DNA of 64,000 nucleotides from an uncultured Pelagibacteraceae bacterium (lineage in GTDB: Bacteria > Pseudomonadota > Alphaproteobacteria > Pelagibacterales > Pelagibacteraceae). Below the pieces are notes generated by a model that was given only the letters and a program-made list of their open reading frames with translations, did not search any database and was not told where the DNA came from. The stretch is taken from assembly GCA_902607805.1 (NCBI GenBank), contig CACLLR010000001.1, positions 15,992-79,991 on the forward strand, written 5' to 3'. Shown one piece after another: positions 1 to 15,404 of the stretch. The position numbers and the translations under genes were made by a program. Numbering within the stretch: the stretch's first letter is position 1; each line of letters opens with the position of its first letter.

Positions 1-5114
<5,114 letters not shown>

Positions 5115-5158
5115 CTATTTTGCTGATTTTTCTTAACCAGCGTTTAATTCTTTTAAAT

Positions 5159-5530
5159 TTATTTAAGCTCTACTTTAGCGCCTGCAGCTTCAAGTTTTTT
5201 CTTTATCTCTTCAGCTTCTTCTTTTTTAACACCCGTTTTAACTTCTTTAGGTGCACCTTCAACTAAATCTTTTGCTTCTTTAAGTCCAAGCGAAGTAACT
5301 GCTCTTACTTCTTTAATTACATTAATTTTTTTATCGCCTGCAGAAGATAATACAATTGTAAATTCATCTTTTTCCTCAGCCGCTGCTGGTGCTGCACCTC
5401 CTGCTGCTGGTGCTGCTACTGCTGCTGCTGCAGTCACTCCCCATTTTTCTTCTAATTGTTTTGATAGTTCTGCTGCTTCAACGACAGTCAAACTTGATAA
5501 GTCTTCTATAATTTTATTTAGATCAGCCAT
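5159..5530 (-). CDS. rplL: 50S ribosomal protein L7/L12
   Basis: [28 protein letters not shown], Ala-rich hinge. Confidence 0.99.
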   Translation of the reverse strand: MADLNKIIEDLSSLTVVEAAELSKQLEEKWGVTAAAAVAAPAAGGAAPAAAEEKDEFTIVLSSAGDKKINVIKEVRAVTSLGLKEAKDLVEGAPKEVKTGVKKEEAEEIKKKLEAAGAKVELK

Positions 5531-5546
5531 AATTTTTTTGCCCTGG

Positions 5547-6053
5547 TTATTTTTTTGATTTTTCGAGCGCTAAAATAGCGATTTTTGACGCCGGTGCAAG
5601 TAAAATACTTGCGATTTTTTGAGCAGGAGAACGTAAAATTCCCACTATTTTGGCCCTTGCTTCTTCTAATGAAGGTAAAGTTGCCACATTTTTTACTCCG
5701 GCTACATCCAAAATTTCATTTCCCATGATTCCACCAAGAATCTTTAAATTTTGGTTTTCTTTTGAAAAATTAGTAAGAATTTTGGCAGAAGTTATAGCAT
5801 CCTTTGACATCGCTACTGCTGTAGGCCCAGAAAAAAGACTAGATAAATCTTTGCATCTTGTTTTTTCCAAAGCTAATTTGGTAATTCTATTTTTTGTTAT
5901 CTTAAATTGTATTCCATGCTCTCTCATTTTTCCTCTAAGTTCATCTAATTGAGAAACAGTGAGACCTTGATAATGAGTAACAATTACAGCCTCAGATTTG
6001 TCAAGCTGACTTGTCATATCTTTTATATATTCTTGTTTTCTTTCTTTATTCAT
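5547..6053 (-). CDS. rplJ: 50S ribosomal protein L10
   Basis: [22 protein letters not shown]; position between rplA and rplL. Confidence 0.97.
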   Translation of the reverse strand: MNKERKQEYIKDMTSQLDKSEAVIVTHYQGLTVSQLDELRGKMREHGIQFKITKNRITKLALEKTRCKDLSSLFSGPTAVAMSKDAITSAKILTNFSKENQNLKILGGIMGNEILDVAGVKNVATLPSLEEARAKIVGILRSPAQKIASILLAPASKIAILALEKSKK

Positions 6054-6056
6054 ATT

Positions 6057-6746
6057 TTAAATATTTTTTGTTAATTTTAACTTGTAAGATATTCCCATTG
6101 TTGATGTAATAAATGAACTTTTTATTAAATCTCCCTTTATAGTGTTATTTGATTTCTCTTTTTCTAAAGTTTCTAATATTGCATTATAATTTTTTATTAA
6201 GTTTTCATCAGAAAAAGATTTTTTTCCTATACTAACACCTATATTTCCATCTTTATCATTTCTAATTTCTGCCTGACCAGCTTTAGCATTTTTAACTGCG
6301 TCTTGAACATTTTCACTAACAGTACCAAGTTTTGGATTAGGCATAAGTCCTTTTGGTCCAAGAATTTTTCCTAATTTTGATAATTTTACCATCATTGAAG
6401 GTGTACAAATTAGTTTTTCAAAATTCATTTCTCCTGATTTTATTTTTTCAATTAAATCATCTCCACCTATTAAATCAGCTCCAGCATCTTTAGCTGCTTT
6501 ATTTTTTGCTTCCTCGCATACGACAGCAACTTTTATTTTCTTTCCTGTTCCAGCTGGTAGATTAACTACAGTTCTTAAGTTTATTTCACTTTTTTTTTGT
6601 TTGTTGTTTATTTGAAAACTTAAATCAATAGACTCATCAAATTTAGTAGTACAATTTTTTTTAATTTCTGGAATTAATTTATCAATAATTTCTGGTTTTA
6701 ATTCTTTAGTTTTTTCAGGTAATTTTTTAAATCTTTTTGAAGACAT
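6057..6746 (-). CDS. rplA: 50S ribosomal protein L1
   Basis: KFDESIDL, LGKILGPKGLMPNPKLGTV. Confidence 0.98.
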   Translation of the reverse strand: MSSKRFKKLPEKTKELKPEIIDKLIPEIKKNCTTKFDESIDLSFQINNKQKKSEINLRTVVNLPAGTGKKIKVAVVCEEAKNKAAKDAGADLIGGDDLIEKIKSGEMNFEKLICTPSMMVKLSKLGKILGPKGLMPNPKLGTVSENVQDAVKNAKAGQAEIRNDKDGNIGVSIGKKSFSDENLIKNYNAILETLEKEKSNNTIKGDLIKSSFITSTMGISYKLKLTKNI

Positions 6747-7174
6747 TATTCTTTTACCTCTATACCCATTGATCTTGCAGATCCTGCAATAATTTTAGAT
6801 GCTTCATCTAAATCATAAGCATTTAAATCATCCATTTTTTTTTTTGCGATTTCTTCCACTTGTTTTTTAGTAATAGAAGCCACTATATTTCTTCCAGGTT
6901 CTTGTGAACCGCTTTTTAATTTTGCTGCTTCTTTTATAAAATGTGAAGCTGGTGGAGATTTAATTATAAAATCAAATTTTTTATCTTTATAAACAGTTAT
7001 AACTACTGGAACTGGTTTTCCCATAAAACTTTTAGTTTTTTCATTAAACGCTTTACAAAATTCCATTATATTAATACCTCTTTGGCCTAAAGCAGGACCA
7101 ACAGGGGGAGCTGGGTTAGCTTGACCACCCTTTATTTGTAATTTAACATAACCAGTAATTTCTTTTTTTGCCAT
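6746..7174 (-). CDS. rplK: 50S ribosomal protein L11
   Basis: [26 protein letters not shown]. Confidence 0.99.
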   Translation of the reverse strand: MAKKEITGYVKLQIKGGQANPAPPVGPALGQRGINIMEFCKAFNEKTKSFMGKPVPVVITVYKDKKFDFIIKSPPASHFIKEAAKLKSGSQEPGRNIVASITKKQVEEIAKKKMDDLNAYDLDEASKIIAGSARSMGIEVKE

Positions 7175-7704
7175 TAACTTGCCTTTTCAACTTGATTATA
7201 TTCTAATTCAACTGGAGTTGGACGTCCAAATATAGATACTGAGACTTTTAATCTAGATTTATCTTCATCTATATCCTCAACTAATCCACTAAATGATGCA
7301 AAAGGACCATCTATAACTTGAACTTTTTCACCAACATTATAACTAATTCCAGATTTAGGTTGTACAACTCCATCTTTTATTTGTCCAAGTATTTTTTCTA
7401 TTTCTTTATCTGACACAGGAACAGGAGATCCTTTAGATCCTAAAAATCCTGAAACTTTTTTTATATTTTTAATCATGTGATATATTTCATTATTCATTTC
7501 ACTTTTAATCAAAACATATCCTGGAAAATATTTTTTTTTTCTTTGAACTCTTTTTCCTCTTTTAACTTCAGTAATATCGTGAGTTGGTACTATTATTTCA
7601 TCTATTTTTTCAGAAATTTTAGCTTTTTCAGCCTCTTCTTTTATTATTTGAGCAACCTTGTTTTCAAAACTTGAATGTGACTGAACAATATACCAATTTT
7701 TCAT
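7174..7704 (-). CDS. nusG: Transcription termination/antitermination factor NusG
   Basis: True start MKNWYIVQ at 7704 (overlaps secE stop, TAATG); FPGYVLI and KOW motif DGPFASFSG...[12 protein letters not shown]. Confidence 0.97.
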   Translation of the reverse strand: MKNWYIVQSHSSFENKVAQIIKEEAEKAKISEKIDEIIVPTHDITEVKRGKRVQRKKKYFPGYVLIKSEMNNEIYHMIKNIKKVSGFLGSKGSPVPVSDKEIEKILGQIKDGVVQPKSGISYNVGEKVQVIDGPFASFSGLVEDIDEDKSRLKVSVSIFGRPTPVELEYNQVEKAS

Positions 7705-7895
7705 TAAAAGCTCGCTTTTAGTATTAATTCCAATAAAAATTTTAATACCTGATCTAAAAGTAAAAAGAATAAAGAGGCAACAATTGCCATTGCAACAACC
7801 ATTAAAGTTCCTTGCAAAGTTTCTTTCCCTGTTGGCCAAGTAACTTTGAAAGCTTCTTGCTTAACTTCTTGTATAAACTTAAATGGGTTTTTCAT
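7704..7895 (-). CDS. secE: Preprotein translocase subunit SecE
   Basis: MKNPFKFIQEVKQEAFKVTWPT...single TM; start set at ATG 7895, downstream of tRNA-Trp. Confidence 0.95.
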   Translation of the reverse strand: MKNPFKFIQEVKQEAFKVTWPTGKETLQGTLMVVAMAIVASLFFLLLDQVLKFLLELILKASF

Positions 7896-7909
7896 AATTC
7901 CTTTTTTTT

Positions 7910-7985
7910 TGGCAGGAGCGGAGGGAATCGAACCCCCAACCTCCGGTTTTGGAGACCGGCGCTCTACCAATTGAGCTACACTCCT
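7910..7985 (-). tRNA. tRNA-Trp (CCA)
   Basis: AGGAGTGTAGCTCAATTGGTAGAGCGCCGGTCTCCAAAACCGGAGGTTGGGGGTTCGATTCCCTCCGCTCCTGCCA. Confidence 0.97.
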
Positions 7986-7992
7986 AAGGAGT

Positions 7993-9183
7993 TTACTCTA
8001 AAATTTTTGTTACTACGCCTGCTCCTACTGTTTTACCACCTTCTCTTATTGCAAAATTCAGCTTTTCACTCATTGCAATCGGTGTAATTAATTTAACTGT
8101 AAACTTAGCATCATCACCTGGCATTACCATTTCAGTTCCTGATGGTAATTCAACCTCTCCAGTTACATCAGTAGTTCTAAAATAAAACTGAGGTCTGTAT
8201 TTAGCAAAAAAAGGTGTATGTCTTCCTCCTTCTTCTTTTTTTAATACATATGCTTGGCATTCAAATTTAGTATGAGGAGTAACAGAGCCAGGTTTTGACA
8301 ATACTTGTCCTCTTTCTACATCAGTTCTTTCAACACCTCTTAAGAGAGCACCAATATTATCTCCTGCTTCACCAGTATCAAGTATCTTTCTGAACATTTC
8401 AACACCTGTGCAAACAGTTTTCTTTGTTTCTCTTATTCCTACTATTTCAATCTCTTCACCAGTTTTAACCACTCCTTGCTCTACTCTTCCAGTTACAACA
8501 GTTCCTCTACCTGATATCGAGAAAACATCTTCAACAGGCATTAAGAAAGGCTTGTCTTTGGGTCTATCCGGTTGAGGGATATGTTCATCAATTGCCTTAA
8601 CTAATTCTAGAATTGAATTTTTTCCTATTTCATCATCTCTTCCTTCTACGGCAGCTAATGCAGAACCTTTTATTATAGGTGTTTTATCACCTGGGAATTT
8701 ATAAGAAGTTAATAAATCTTTTATTTCTTCTTCAACTAGATCTATCATTTCTTTATCGTCAACTTGATCAACTTTATTTAAATAAACAACTATTGCTGGA
8801 ACACCTACTTGTCTAGCAAGAAGAATATGTTCTCTTGTTTGCGGCATAGGACCATCTGCTGCGTTAACAACTAATATTGCACCGTCCATTTGAGCAGCAC
8901 CAGTTATCATGTTTTTAACATAGTCTGCGTGACCAGGACAATCAACGTGAGCGTAATGTCTTTTTTCACTTTCGTATTCGACATGAGCGGTCGCTATAGT
9001 TATTCCTCTTTCTTTTTCCTCAGGAGCTTTATCAATTTGATCATAAGCAACAAATTTTGCACCACCAGCTTCAGCTAAAACTTTAGTTATAGCAGCTGTT
9101 AAGGTTGTTTTACCGTGATCCACGTGGCCAATAGTACCTACATTGGCATGTGGTTTACTTCTATTAAATTTTTCCTTCGACAT
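7993..9183 (-). CDS. tuf: Elongation factor Tu
   Basis: [28 protein letters not shown]. Confidence 0.99.
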   Translation of the reverse strand: MSKEKFNRSKPHANVGTIGHVDHGKTTLTAAITKVLAEAGGAKFVAYDQIDKAPEEKERGITIATAHVEYESEKRHYAHVDCPGHADYVKNMITGAAQMDGAILVVNAADGPMPQTREHILLARQVGVPAIVVYLNKVDQVDDKEMIDLVEEEIKDLLTSYKFPGDKTPIIKGSALAAVEGRDDEIGKNSILELVKAIDEHIPQPDRPKDKPFLMPVEDVFSISGRGTVVTGRVEQGVVKTGEEIEIVGIRETKKTVCTGVEMFRKILDTGEAGDNIGALLRGVERTDVERGQVLSKPGSVTPHTKFECQAYVLKKEEGGRHTPFFAKYRPQFYFRTTDVTGEVELPSGTEMVMPGDDAKFTVKLITPIAMSEKLNFAIREGGKTVGAGVVTKILE

Positions 9184-9227
9184 TACTTTTTTTACCTCAC
9201 TTTATAATTACTTTATTTTAATTTTTT

Positions 9228-9301
9228 TGGAGCGGGTGATGGGAATCGAACCCACGCAACCAGCTTGGAAGGCTAGTGTTCTACCACTGAACTACACCCG
9301 C
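9228..9301 (-). tRNA. tRNA-Gly (TCC)
   Basis: GCGGGTGTAGTTCAGTGGTAGAACACTAGCCTTCCAAGCTGG...GGTTCGATTCCCATCACCCGCTCCA. Confidence 0.97.
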
Positions 9302-9342
9302 ATACCCAAGTGTGAACTCCAAATATTATTTAAGTTTACTGA

Positions 9343-9428
<86 letters not shown>

Positions 9429-9565
9429 TTAGCATAAGTTGGGGAAGCGTCCCCTTGTTCAATAAAGCTTTAAACAACAAGCGTTTTATATATTTTTATT
9501 AAATAAATGCAATATGAGAAATAATGTTAAAAGTCCTTTAAAATCGTATAAAAGCATAAATTAAT

Positions 9566-10309
9566 ATGAACAAATTAGCTTTTTTCATTGTAGGAAAACA
9601 TGCTGTTATTGAAGCATTAAAAAATCCAAAAAGAAAAATTTTAAAGCTTTTTTTAACTGAAGAAAGTAAAAAAACAATTCATAGAGAGAATCCAAAGATT
9701 AATTTATTAAAAAATATAAAAGTATATTTTAAAACTAAAAAAGAATTAGATAAGTATTCTAGAGGTGACAATATTCTTCATCAAGGATTTGTGGCTGAAA
9801 TTGAAGATTTTGAAAATATAGAAATAAAAGAATTTATAAAGAATAATAAAAACTTAAACTTAGTTTGTTTAAATGAAGTTTCTGATCCAAGAAACATTGG
9901 TTCAATTATTAGAAGTGCTGTAAGTTTTAATATGGATGGAATGATAGTTAAAGACAGACATTTTCCATCATATAGTAAACTAATGTATAAATCAGCTAGT
10001 GGATCATTAGAACATTTTAATATTTTTAAAGTTGCAAATATAAATAGTACTTTAAAATATTTGAGAGAAAAAAATTTTTGGGTATACGGATTTGATTCAA
10101 ATGCAGATAAAAATTTCGATGAAATAATATGGGAAGGTAATAATGTGCTTTTATTTGGATCAGAAGGATTTGGAATGAAAAAACATACTATAAAGTATAC
10201 AGATTTTATTGTAAAAATTAATATAAACAAAAAAATTGAAAGCTTAAATATATCAAATTCAGCAGCAATAGTTTTTCATCATATAAATAAATATAAAAAA
10301 ATATCTTAA
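9566..10309 (+). CDS. rlmB: 23S rRNA (Gm2251) 2'-O-methyltransferase, SPOUT/TrmH family
   Basis: HQGFVA, SDPRNIGSIIRSA, FGSEGFG, ESLNISNSAAI; divergent from tRNA-Tyr as is usual in Alphaproteobacteria. Confidence 0.9.
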   Translation: MNKLAFFIVGKHAVIEALKNPKRKILKLFLTEESKKTIHRENPKINLLKNIKVYFKTKKELDKYSRGDNILHQGFVAEIEDFENIEIKEFIKNNKNLNLVCLNEVSDPRNIGSIIRSAVSFNMDGMIVKDRHFPSYSKLMYKSASGSLEHFNIFKVANINSTLKYLREKNFWVYGFDSNADKNFDEIIWEGNNVLLFGSEGFGMKKHTIKYTDFIVKININKKIESLNISNSAAIVFHHINKYKKIS

Positions 10310-10378
10310 TAAAAAAACTTAATTAATTTTAATATTGCTCATACCAACAAGAAACCGAAAGATTAAAAATTTATTCAT

Positions 10379-10990
10379 TTAATTTAAAATATTAATAATA
10401 CTTTTTTTAATAGTTTCACTTACTTTGATGGTCCCTTCTTTATTTGGATGAATTCCGTCTTTTTGATTTAAGCTTGGATTAAGTGCTACTCCTTCAAGAA
10501 GAAATGGGATTAAGGGTAAATTATATTTTTTTGATAATTTTGGATAAATATAATCAAACTCTTTTTTATATTTTTTTCCATGAGTTTTTGGTGCAACCAT
10601 CCCAGCTAAAATAATTTTAATTTTTTTATTGTTAGCAATATTTATTATTTGTTCTAAATTTTTTTTTGTTTCGTTTGGCTGAATTCCCCTGAGCATATCA
10701 TTGGCTCCTAATCCTAAAATGATTAAATCTATCCCTGGTTCTGATAAACTCCAATCAACTCTATTCAATCCACCTGATGACGTACTTCCAGAAACACTTC
10801 CATTAATAACTTTAATATTTAAACCAGCTTCCTTAAGATTATTTTCTAAAACTATTGATAAATGATGTTCTTTAGGTAATCCATATCCAGCCATCAAACT
10901 ATCACCGAATAAAACTACCTTTTCTATTGCACTTGCGTTTATGTGCACTAGAAAGATTATCAAAATTTTTATAAATATAGTTTTATTCAT
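10379..10990 (-). CDS. tesA: Arylesterase / acyl-CoA thioesterase I (SGNH hydrolase) with signal peptide
   Basis: FGDSLMAGYG, LGANDMLRG, DGIHPN; start moved to MNKTIF at 10990. Confidence 0.9.
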   Translation of the reverse strand: MNKTIFIKILIIFLVHINASAIEKVVLFGDSLMAGYGLPKEHHLSIVLENNLKEAGLNIKVINGSVSGSTSSGGLNRVDWSLSEPGIDLIILGLGANDMLRGIQPNETKKNLEQIINIANNKKIKIILAGMVAPKTHGKKYKKEFDYIYPKLSKKYNLPLIPFLLEGVALNPSLNQKDGIHPNKEGTIKVSETIKKSIINILN

Positions 10991-11654
10991 GAATACTATT
11001 CTTAAATTAAAAAAAATAAATCTCAAATACCAAACTGGTAAAGATAGTATCAAAGTTTTAAAGAATATTGATCTAAATATTAAGAAAAAAGAAACCGTTT
11101 CTGTTGTTGGGGAAAGTGGCTCAGGGAAAACAAGTTTAATCATGTTAATTGGGGGTTTGGAGAAACCTAACTCTGGTAAAATAATTTTCCAAGATCAAGA
11201 AATTACAGGCCTTAGTGAAGATGAGGTATCTGAGATAAGAAAGAAAAATATTGGAATAATTTTTCAGTCGTTTTATTTAATTCCTAATTACACAGCGGTT
11301 GAAAATGTTGCGCTTACACTTGAGCTCAATAATTTTAAAAATCCAGAAAAAGAGGCAAAAATTTTATTAGATCGTTTTGGTTTGAAACATCGTTTTAATA
11401 ATCTACCAAGTCAATTATCAGGTGGTGAACAACAAAGGGTTGCTATCGCTAGAGCAATTGCAATGAAACCAGAATTAATTTTAGCTGATGAGCCAACCGG
11501 AAACTTGGATACTGAAAATTCTATCATGATTGCAAATATTCTATTTAAGTATGTAAAAGAAGAAGGCTCTTCTTTAATCATTGTAACTCATGACACTAAA
11601 CTTGCTGACAAAGCTAAAAGAAAAATAAAAATTAAAGATGGAAAAATTAAATAA
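10989..11654 (+). CDS. ybbA: ABC transporter ATP-binding protein (YbbA/LolD-like)
   Basis: GESGSGKT, LSGGEQQRVAIARA, DEPTGNLD; divergent from tesA. Confidence 0.85.
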   Translation: MNTILKLKKINLKYQTGKDSIKVLKNIDLNIKKKETVSVVGESGSGKTSLIMLIGGLEKPNSGKIIFQDQEITGLSEDEVSEIRKKNIGIIFQSFYLIPNYTAVENVALTLELNNFKNPEKEAKILLDRFGLKHRFNNLPSQLSGGEQQRVAIARAIAMKPELILADEPTGNLDTENSIMIANILFKYVKEEGSSLIIVTHDTKLADKAKRKIKIKDGKIK

Positions 11655-14172
11655 TCGTTCAGAATTTAGTTTGATTTTAAAATATGCTTTAAAAGACTTA
11701 AGCAGAAATTATCATAAAATATCTAGTATCATTCTTACTCTATTTATAAGTCTTTTTATCTTAAGTGCTATTTTCACAATTGAAGATAGTCTTAAAAAAG
11801 AACTAAATGATAATGCCAAAGCACTTTTAGGTGGAGATTTAGAGATTGATTACAATCGTAACCCAGGAAATTTAGATCTAGTTAATCAAGTAAAAGAATT
11901 TGCAACTGTTTCTCAAATGATTGAGTTCAGTACTATGCTTTCAACAACAGGAAGAGAAAAAAATAAATCATTATTTACTAGAATTAAAACTGTGGATGAA
12001 AAATATCCTTTATATGGAAATGTTGTTTATGAGCCAATTGGTGCTTATGAAAGAATGCAAAAAGAACCTTACTCTATCCTTATCAATGAAAGTTTATCAA
12101 AAACCCTTAATATAAAAATTAATGAAAAGGTAAAAGTTCAAGATCAAAACTTTACAGTAATTGGAATTATTAAATCAGTACCAGATGTTAGTGGATTTGT
12201 TGCATTTGGAGATTGGGCTTTAGCAGGAAAACAAACTTTAGAAATTTTAAAACTAAATGGAATTGGAAGCTTTTTAAACTATGAATACAAAGTAAAATTT
12301 AACGAAAAAGATAAATCAGAAGAAATCGAACAACGAATTGAAGAAATTTTTAAAGACGATCAAAAAGTAAAGCTTAGATATCCTGAAAATTCTGCTAGTG
12401 GAATAAAGAGAATTATTAATAATTTTTCTCAATTTTTATCTCTTGTATCAATCAGTGCAATGTTAATTGCAGGCATTGGAATCGCAAATACTCTGCTTTC
12501 TTTTATCAATCAAAACAACATGTCTATTGCTGTAAGAAAGGCGGTTGGCTTTTATTCAGGCAATATTAAAACATTATATTACCTTCAGTTATTTATACTT
12601 TTATTCATCATCACTGTTGTTGCTTATGGATCAAGTTTTTTAATTGTACCAATAGTAGATAAATATCTATCTGATGGATTGGGATTGAATGTTTATCCAG
12701 TGTTTTCATTACTTAATTTTTTAAAAATATTTTTAGTGGGTTTGTTAGTTCTTGTAATTTTTTCTATTCCAACAATCAGTTCTATAGATCAAGTAAAAGC
12801 CTCTAATTTATTTAGAAACGTATTTCAAAACCTTCAATTTTATTATTCTAAGAAATCAGTTGTTCTAAGCTTTGTTTTATTATCTATCTTAATTTTATTA
12901 TTCACGATTGGATCTGAACAACCTTCTTATAGCTTAGGTTACTTTGCTACTTTTTTTGTTTGTTTAATTGTATTTTTCTTACTTTCAAAATTAATCATTT
13001 TTTTTCTTAAAAAATTCAAATCAAGTCCAATAATTTCTTTAAAAGTTTCAATTAAAAATATTACTCAGACAAAAAGTATAACTCCTATTACAGTTATGTC
13101 TCTTGGTTTAGGGGTTACTTTGTTATTAACTTTAGCTTTAGTTGGTACAAATTTTCAAAGAGAAATTGCTAAATCTATTCCTGATATTGCGCCTGATTAT
13201 TTCTTTGTCGGTATTCAAAAAGGAGAAAGAGAGAAATTTGAACAAGGTATTTTAAATATGGATCCAAATGCATCTATTGAAATTGTGCCAATGGTTTCAT
13301 CTGGTATAGTAAAAATTAATGGGATTGATCCTAATACTTATATTAAACAAGATAATGACAGTTACTGGGTTATTGGTAGTGAACGAAGATCCTCGTGGGT
13401 AGAAAATGTGCCTGAAGATAACTCAATTTTAGAAGGTGAATGGTGGGATTTATCAGAACCAGATCAACTTCAAATATCTTTAGATGCAAAAGTTGCTAAG
13501 GATTTTAACATCCTGTTAGGTGATATCTTTACTTTAAATATTTATGGACGTGAAATTGAAGGGAAAGTAGTAAATTTTAGAGAAGTTGATTATCGAGATT
13601 TAAGCATCAACTTTGCAATGTTATTTAACCCTCAATTTGCAAAAAATATTCCACATGAGTATTTGGCTACTGCAAAATTTAATTCAAATAAATTTGATGA
13701 AACTGAAATGCTTGAAATCATGCCAAGTTTATCAATGATTAAAATTGCAGATTATTTATTAAAAGTTACAGCCGTTTTAAATAAGGTATTTATTGCAGTT
13801 ACTTTAATTTCAGCAATTACCATTGTTATAGGCTTAATCGTAATTTCAAGTGCAATTATGGTTCAAGGAAAAGTAAAAGAATATCAAAATTTGGTTTTCA
13901 AAATTTTAGGTTTTTCAAAAAAACAAATCATTTTTTCATCTTTAATTGAATTCGTCATTATCTTTAAATCTGTAATTTTAATTGCAGTATTCTTTGCTGT
14001 GATTGGTTCAAAATTTATTATGGAAAATATTTTTGAATTAGTGTGGATGTTTGACTTTAAGATTTTAATTTATTTAGGATTTTCAATTTTTTTTGTTACC
14101 TTGGTTTTGATATTATTAACTAACTTAAAATATCTAAATCCTAAGGTTTATCCTCTAATAAGAAATCAATAA
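11638..14172 (+). CDS. ybbP: ABC transporter permease with two FtsX domains (YbbP-like)
   Basis: 844 aa, LLGGDLEI, APDYFFVGIQ, two TM clusters; follows ybbA. Confidence 0.8.
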   Translation: MEKLNNRSEFSLILKYALKDLSRNYHKISSIILTLFISLFILSAIFTIEDSLKKELNDNAKALLGGDLEIDYNRNPGNLDLVNQVKEFATVSQMIEFSTMLSTTGREKNKSLFTRIKTVDEKYPLYGNVVYEPIGAYERMQKEPYSILINESLSKTLNIKINEKVKVQDQNFTVIGIIKSVPDVSGFVAFGDWALAGKQTLEILKLNGIGSFLNYEYKVKFNEKDKSEEIEQRIEEIFKDDQKVKLRYPENSASGIKRIINNFSQFLSLVSISAMLIAGIGIANTLLSFINQNNMSIAVRKAVGFYSGNIKTLYYLQLFILLFIITVVAYGSSFLIVPIVDKYLSDGLGLNVYPVFSLLNFLKIFLVGLLVLVIFSIPTISSIDQVKASNLFRNVFQNLQFYYSKKSVVLSFVLLSILILLFTIGSEQPSYSLGYFATFFVCLIVFFLLSKLIIFFLKKFKSSPIISLKVSIKNITQTKSITPITVMSLGLGVTLLLTLALVGTNFQREIAKSIPDIAPDYFFVGIQKGEREKFEQGILNMDPNASIEIVPMVSSGIVKINGIDPNTYIKQDNDSYWVIGSERRSSWVENVPEDNSILEGEWWDLSEPDQLQISLDAKVAKDFNILLGDIFTLNIYGREIEGKVVNFREVDYRDLSINFAMLFNPQFAKNIPHEYLATAKFNSNKFDETEMLEIMPSLSMIKIADYLLKVTAVLNKVFIAVTLISAITIVIGLIVISSAIMVQGKVKEYQNLVFKILGFSKKQIIFSSLIEFVIIFKSVILIAVFFAVIGSKFIMENIFELVWMFDFKILIYLGFSIFFVTLVLILLTNLKYLNPKVYPLIRNQ

Positions 14173-14224
14173 TTAAAATTTTTGATTTTATAGATCAAAC
14201 TCCACTCAAGCCATGTAATTTCTT

Positions 14225-14335
14225 GAACCGGCAGCCGAACCGACAGAATAGTCACAAATGGTCTACAACAAGCTACAAAGTTACAAATAAGAGAATTAAC
14301 TTTTAATAACCAAATCTTTTAAGTGTTGATTTATT
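14225..14335. repeat. Short direct repeats and IHF-like site upstream of tRNA-Thr (possible att-arm remnant)
   Basis: GAACCGGCAG/GAACCGACAG (14225, 14237); AGTCACAAAT, AGCTACAAAG, AGTTACAAAT (14250, 14271, 14279); TAAGTGTTGATTT near 14320. Confidence 0.45.
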
Positions 14336-14370
14336 TGACTTTTAACATTAAAAACTTCGTTGATACGAAT

Positions 14371-14446
14371 GCCCTTGTAGCTCAGCTGGTAGAGCAATTG
14401 ATTTGTAATCAATAGGTCCGCGGTTCGAATCCGTGCGGGGGCACCA
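14371..14446 (+). tRNA. tRNA-Thr (TGT)
   Basis: GCCCTTGTAGCTCAGCTGGTAGAGCAATTGATTTGTAATCAATAGGTCCGCGGTTCGAATCCGTGCGGGGGCACCA. Confidence 0.97.
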
Positions 14447-14449
14447 CTA

Positions 14450-15403
14450 TTAAAATGATTTTATATTTTTTTTATACCATTTAACTGTTTTTACTAATCC
14501 ATATTCCAAAGAAAATATTGGCTTCCAACCAATTTCTTTTTTAATTTTATTATAATTTAGTCTTTGATTTTGAATTTCAGCTTTAGAAGTATTCTTTATA
14601 ATATAATTTTCTTTAACATTTAAAATTTTATAAATTTTTTTAATTAATTGTAATGCATTTAAATTATATTTTGAACCAGTGTTATAAATTAATAAATATT
14701 TTTTTTTACTTTTTAATTCTGAAAATACTTTAAAATAAGCTCTACTAACATCTTCCACATAAATATAATCTCTCTTTTGCTTGCCTGAAGATCTAATTTT
14801 TAGTTTTTTATTTTTTAAAACTGAAATTATTGTTTCAGGTACAATTCTGTTAACATTAAAATCACATTCTCCAAATATATTTGCAGATCTAATTATACCA
14901 ACTTTAATATTATAAGATTTGCTATAAGATTGACAAATTAAATCAGATGCAGATTTGGATGCATCATATGGAAAAAGGCCATTAAGCTTATCATTCTCAA
15001 AATAATATTTTTTTTTTAACTCACCATAAGCTTTATCGGATGAGCTATAGACAAATGGTATATTTAATTTTTTTTTTCTTAAAATTTCAAGTAAATTTAA
15101 AGTACCTAAGACATTTGTTTGGTGCGTTTCATAAGGTTTATTGAAAGCTTTTAAAACTTGAGTTTGTGCACCCAAATGAAATATACCATCAAAACTGTGT
15201 TTTTTAAAAATTCTTAAAAGATTATTAAAATTAACAAAGTTTCCTTTTTCAATTGTTAAATTTTTACTCTTAGTAAAATAAATTTTTCTTTTATTGGATT
15301 TTTTATAGTCAAGAATAACAACTTTAATTTTTTTTTTTAATAAAAAATTTACTAGCGAAACTCCAAGTAAACCATATCCACCAGTAATTAAAACTTTTTG
15401 CAT
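14450..15403 (-). CDS. NAD-dependent nucleotide-sugar epimerase/4,6-dehydratase (RfbG-like)
   Basis: TGGYGLLG, SSDKAYG, YDASK catalytic motif, RDYIYVED. Confidence 0.88.
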   Translation of the reverse strand: MQKVLITGGYGLLGVSLVNFLLKKKIKVVILDYKKSNKRKIYFTKSKNLTIEKGNFVNFNNLLRIFKKHSFDGIFHLGAQTQVLKAFNKPYETHQTNVLGTLNLLEILRKKKLNIPFVYSSSDKAYGELKKKYYFENDKLNGLFPYDASKSASDLICQSYSKSYNIKVGIIRSANIFGECDFNVNRIVPETIISVLKNKKLKIRSSGKQKRDYIYVEDVSRAYFKVFSELKSKKKYLLIYNTGSKYNLNALQLIKKIYKILNVKENYIIKNTSKAEIQNQRLNYNKIKKEIGWKPIFSLEYGLVKTVKWYKKNIKSF

Positions 15404-15404
15404 A

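Noticed and set aside
5380-5432. GCT/GCA repeats in rplL
   Set aside because: Ordinary Ala-rich hinge of L7/L12.
7705-7970. N-terminal extensions of nusG (to 7839) and secE (to 7970)
   Set aside because: They overlap secE and tRNA-Trp; the conserved N-termini start at 7704 and 7895.
10310-10378. Expected tRNA-Thr 5' fragment after rlmB (partner att site)
   Set aside because: No recognisable tRNA-Thr-derived sequence, so the left boundary of a tesA-ybbAP insertion cannot be supported.
14225-14290. CRISPR-like array
   Set aside because: Repeats are only about 10 bp, degenerate and lack spacers; no cas genes.
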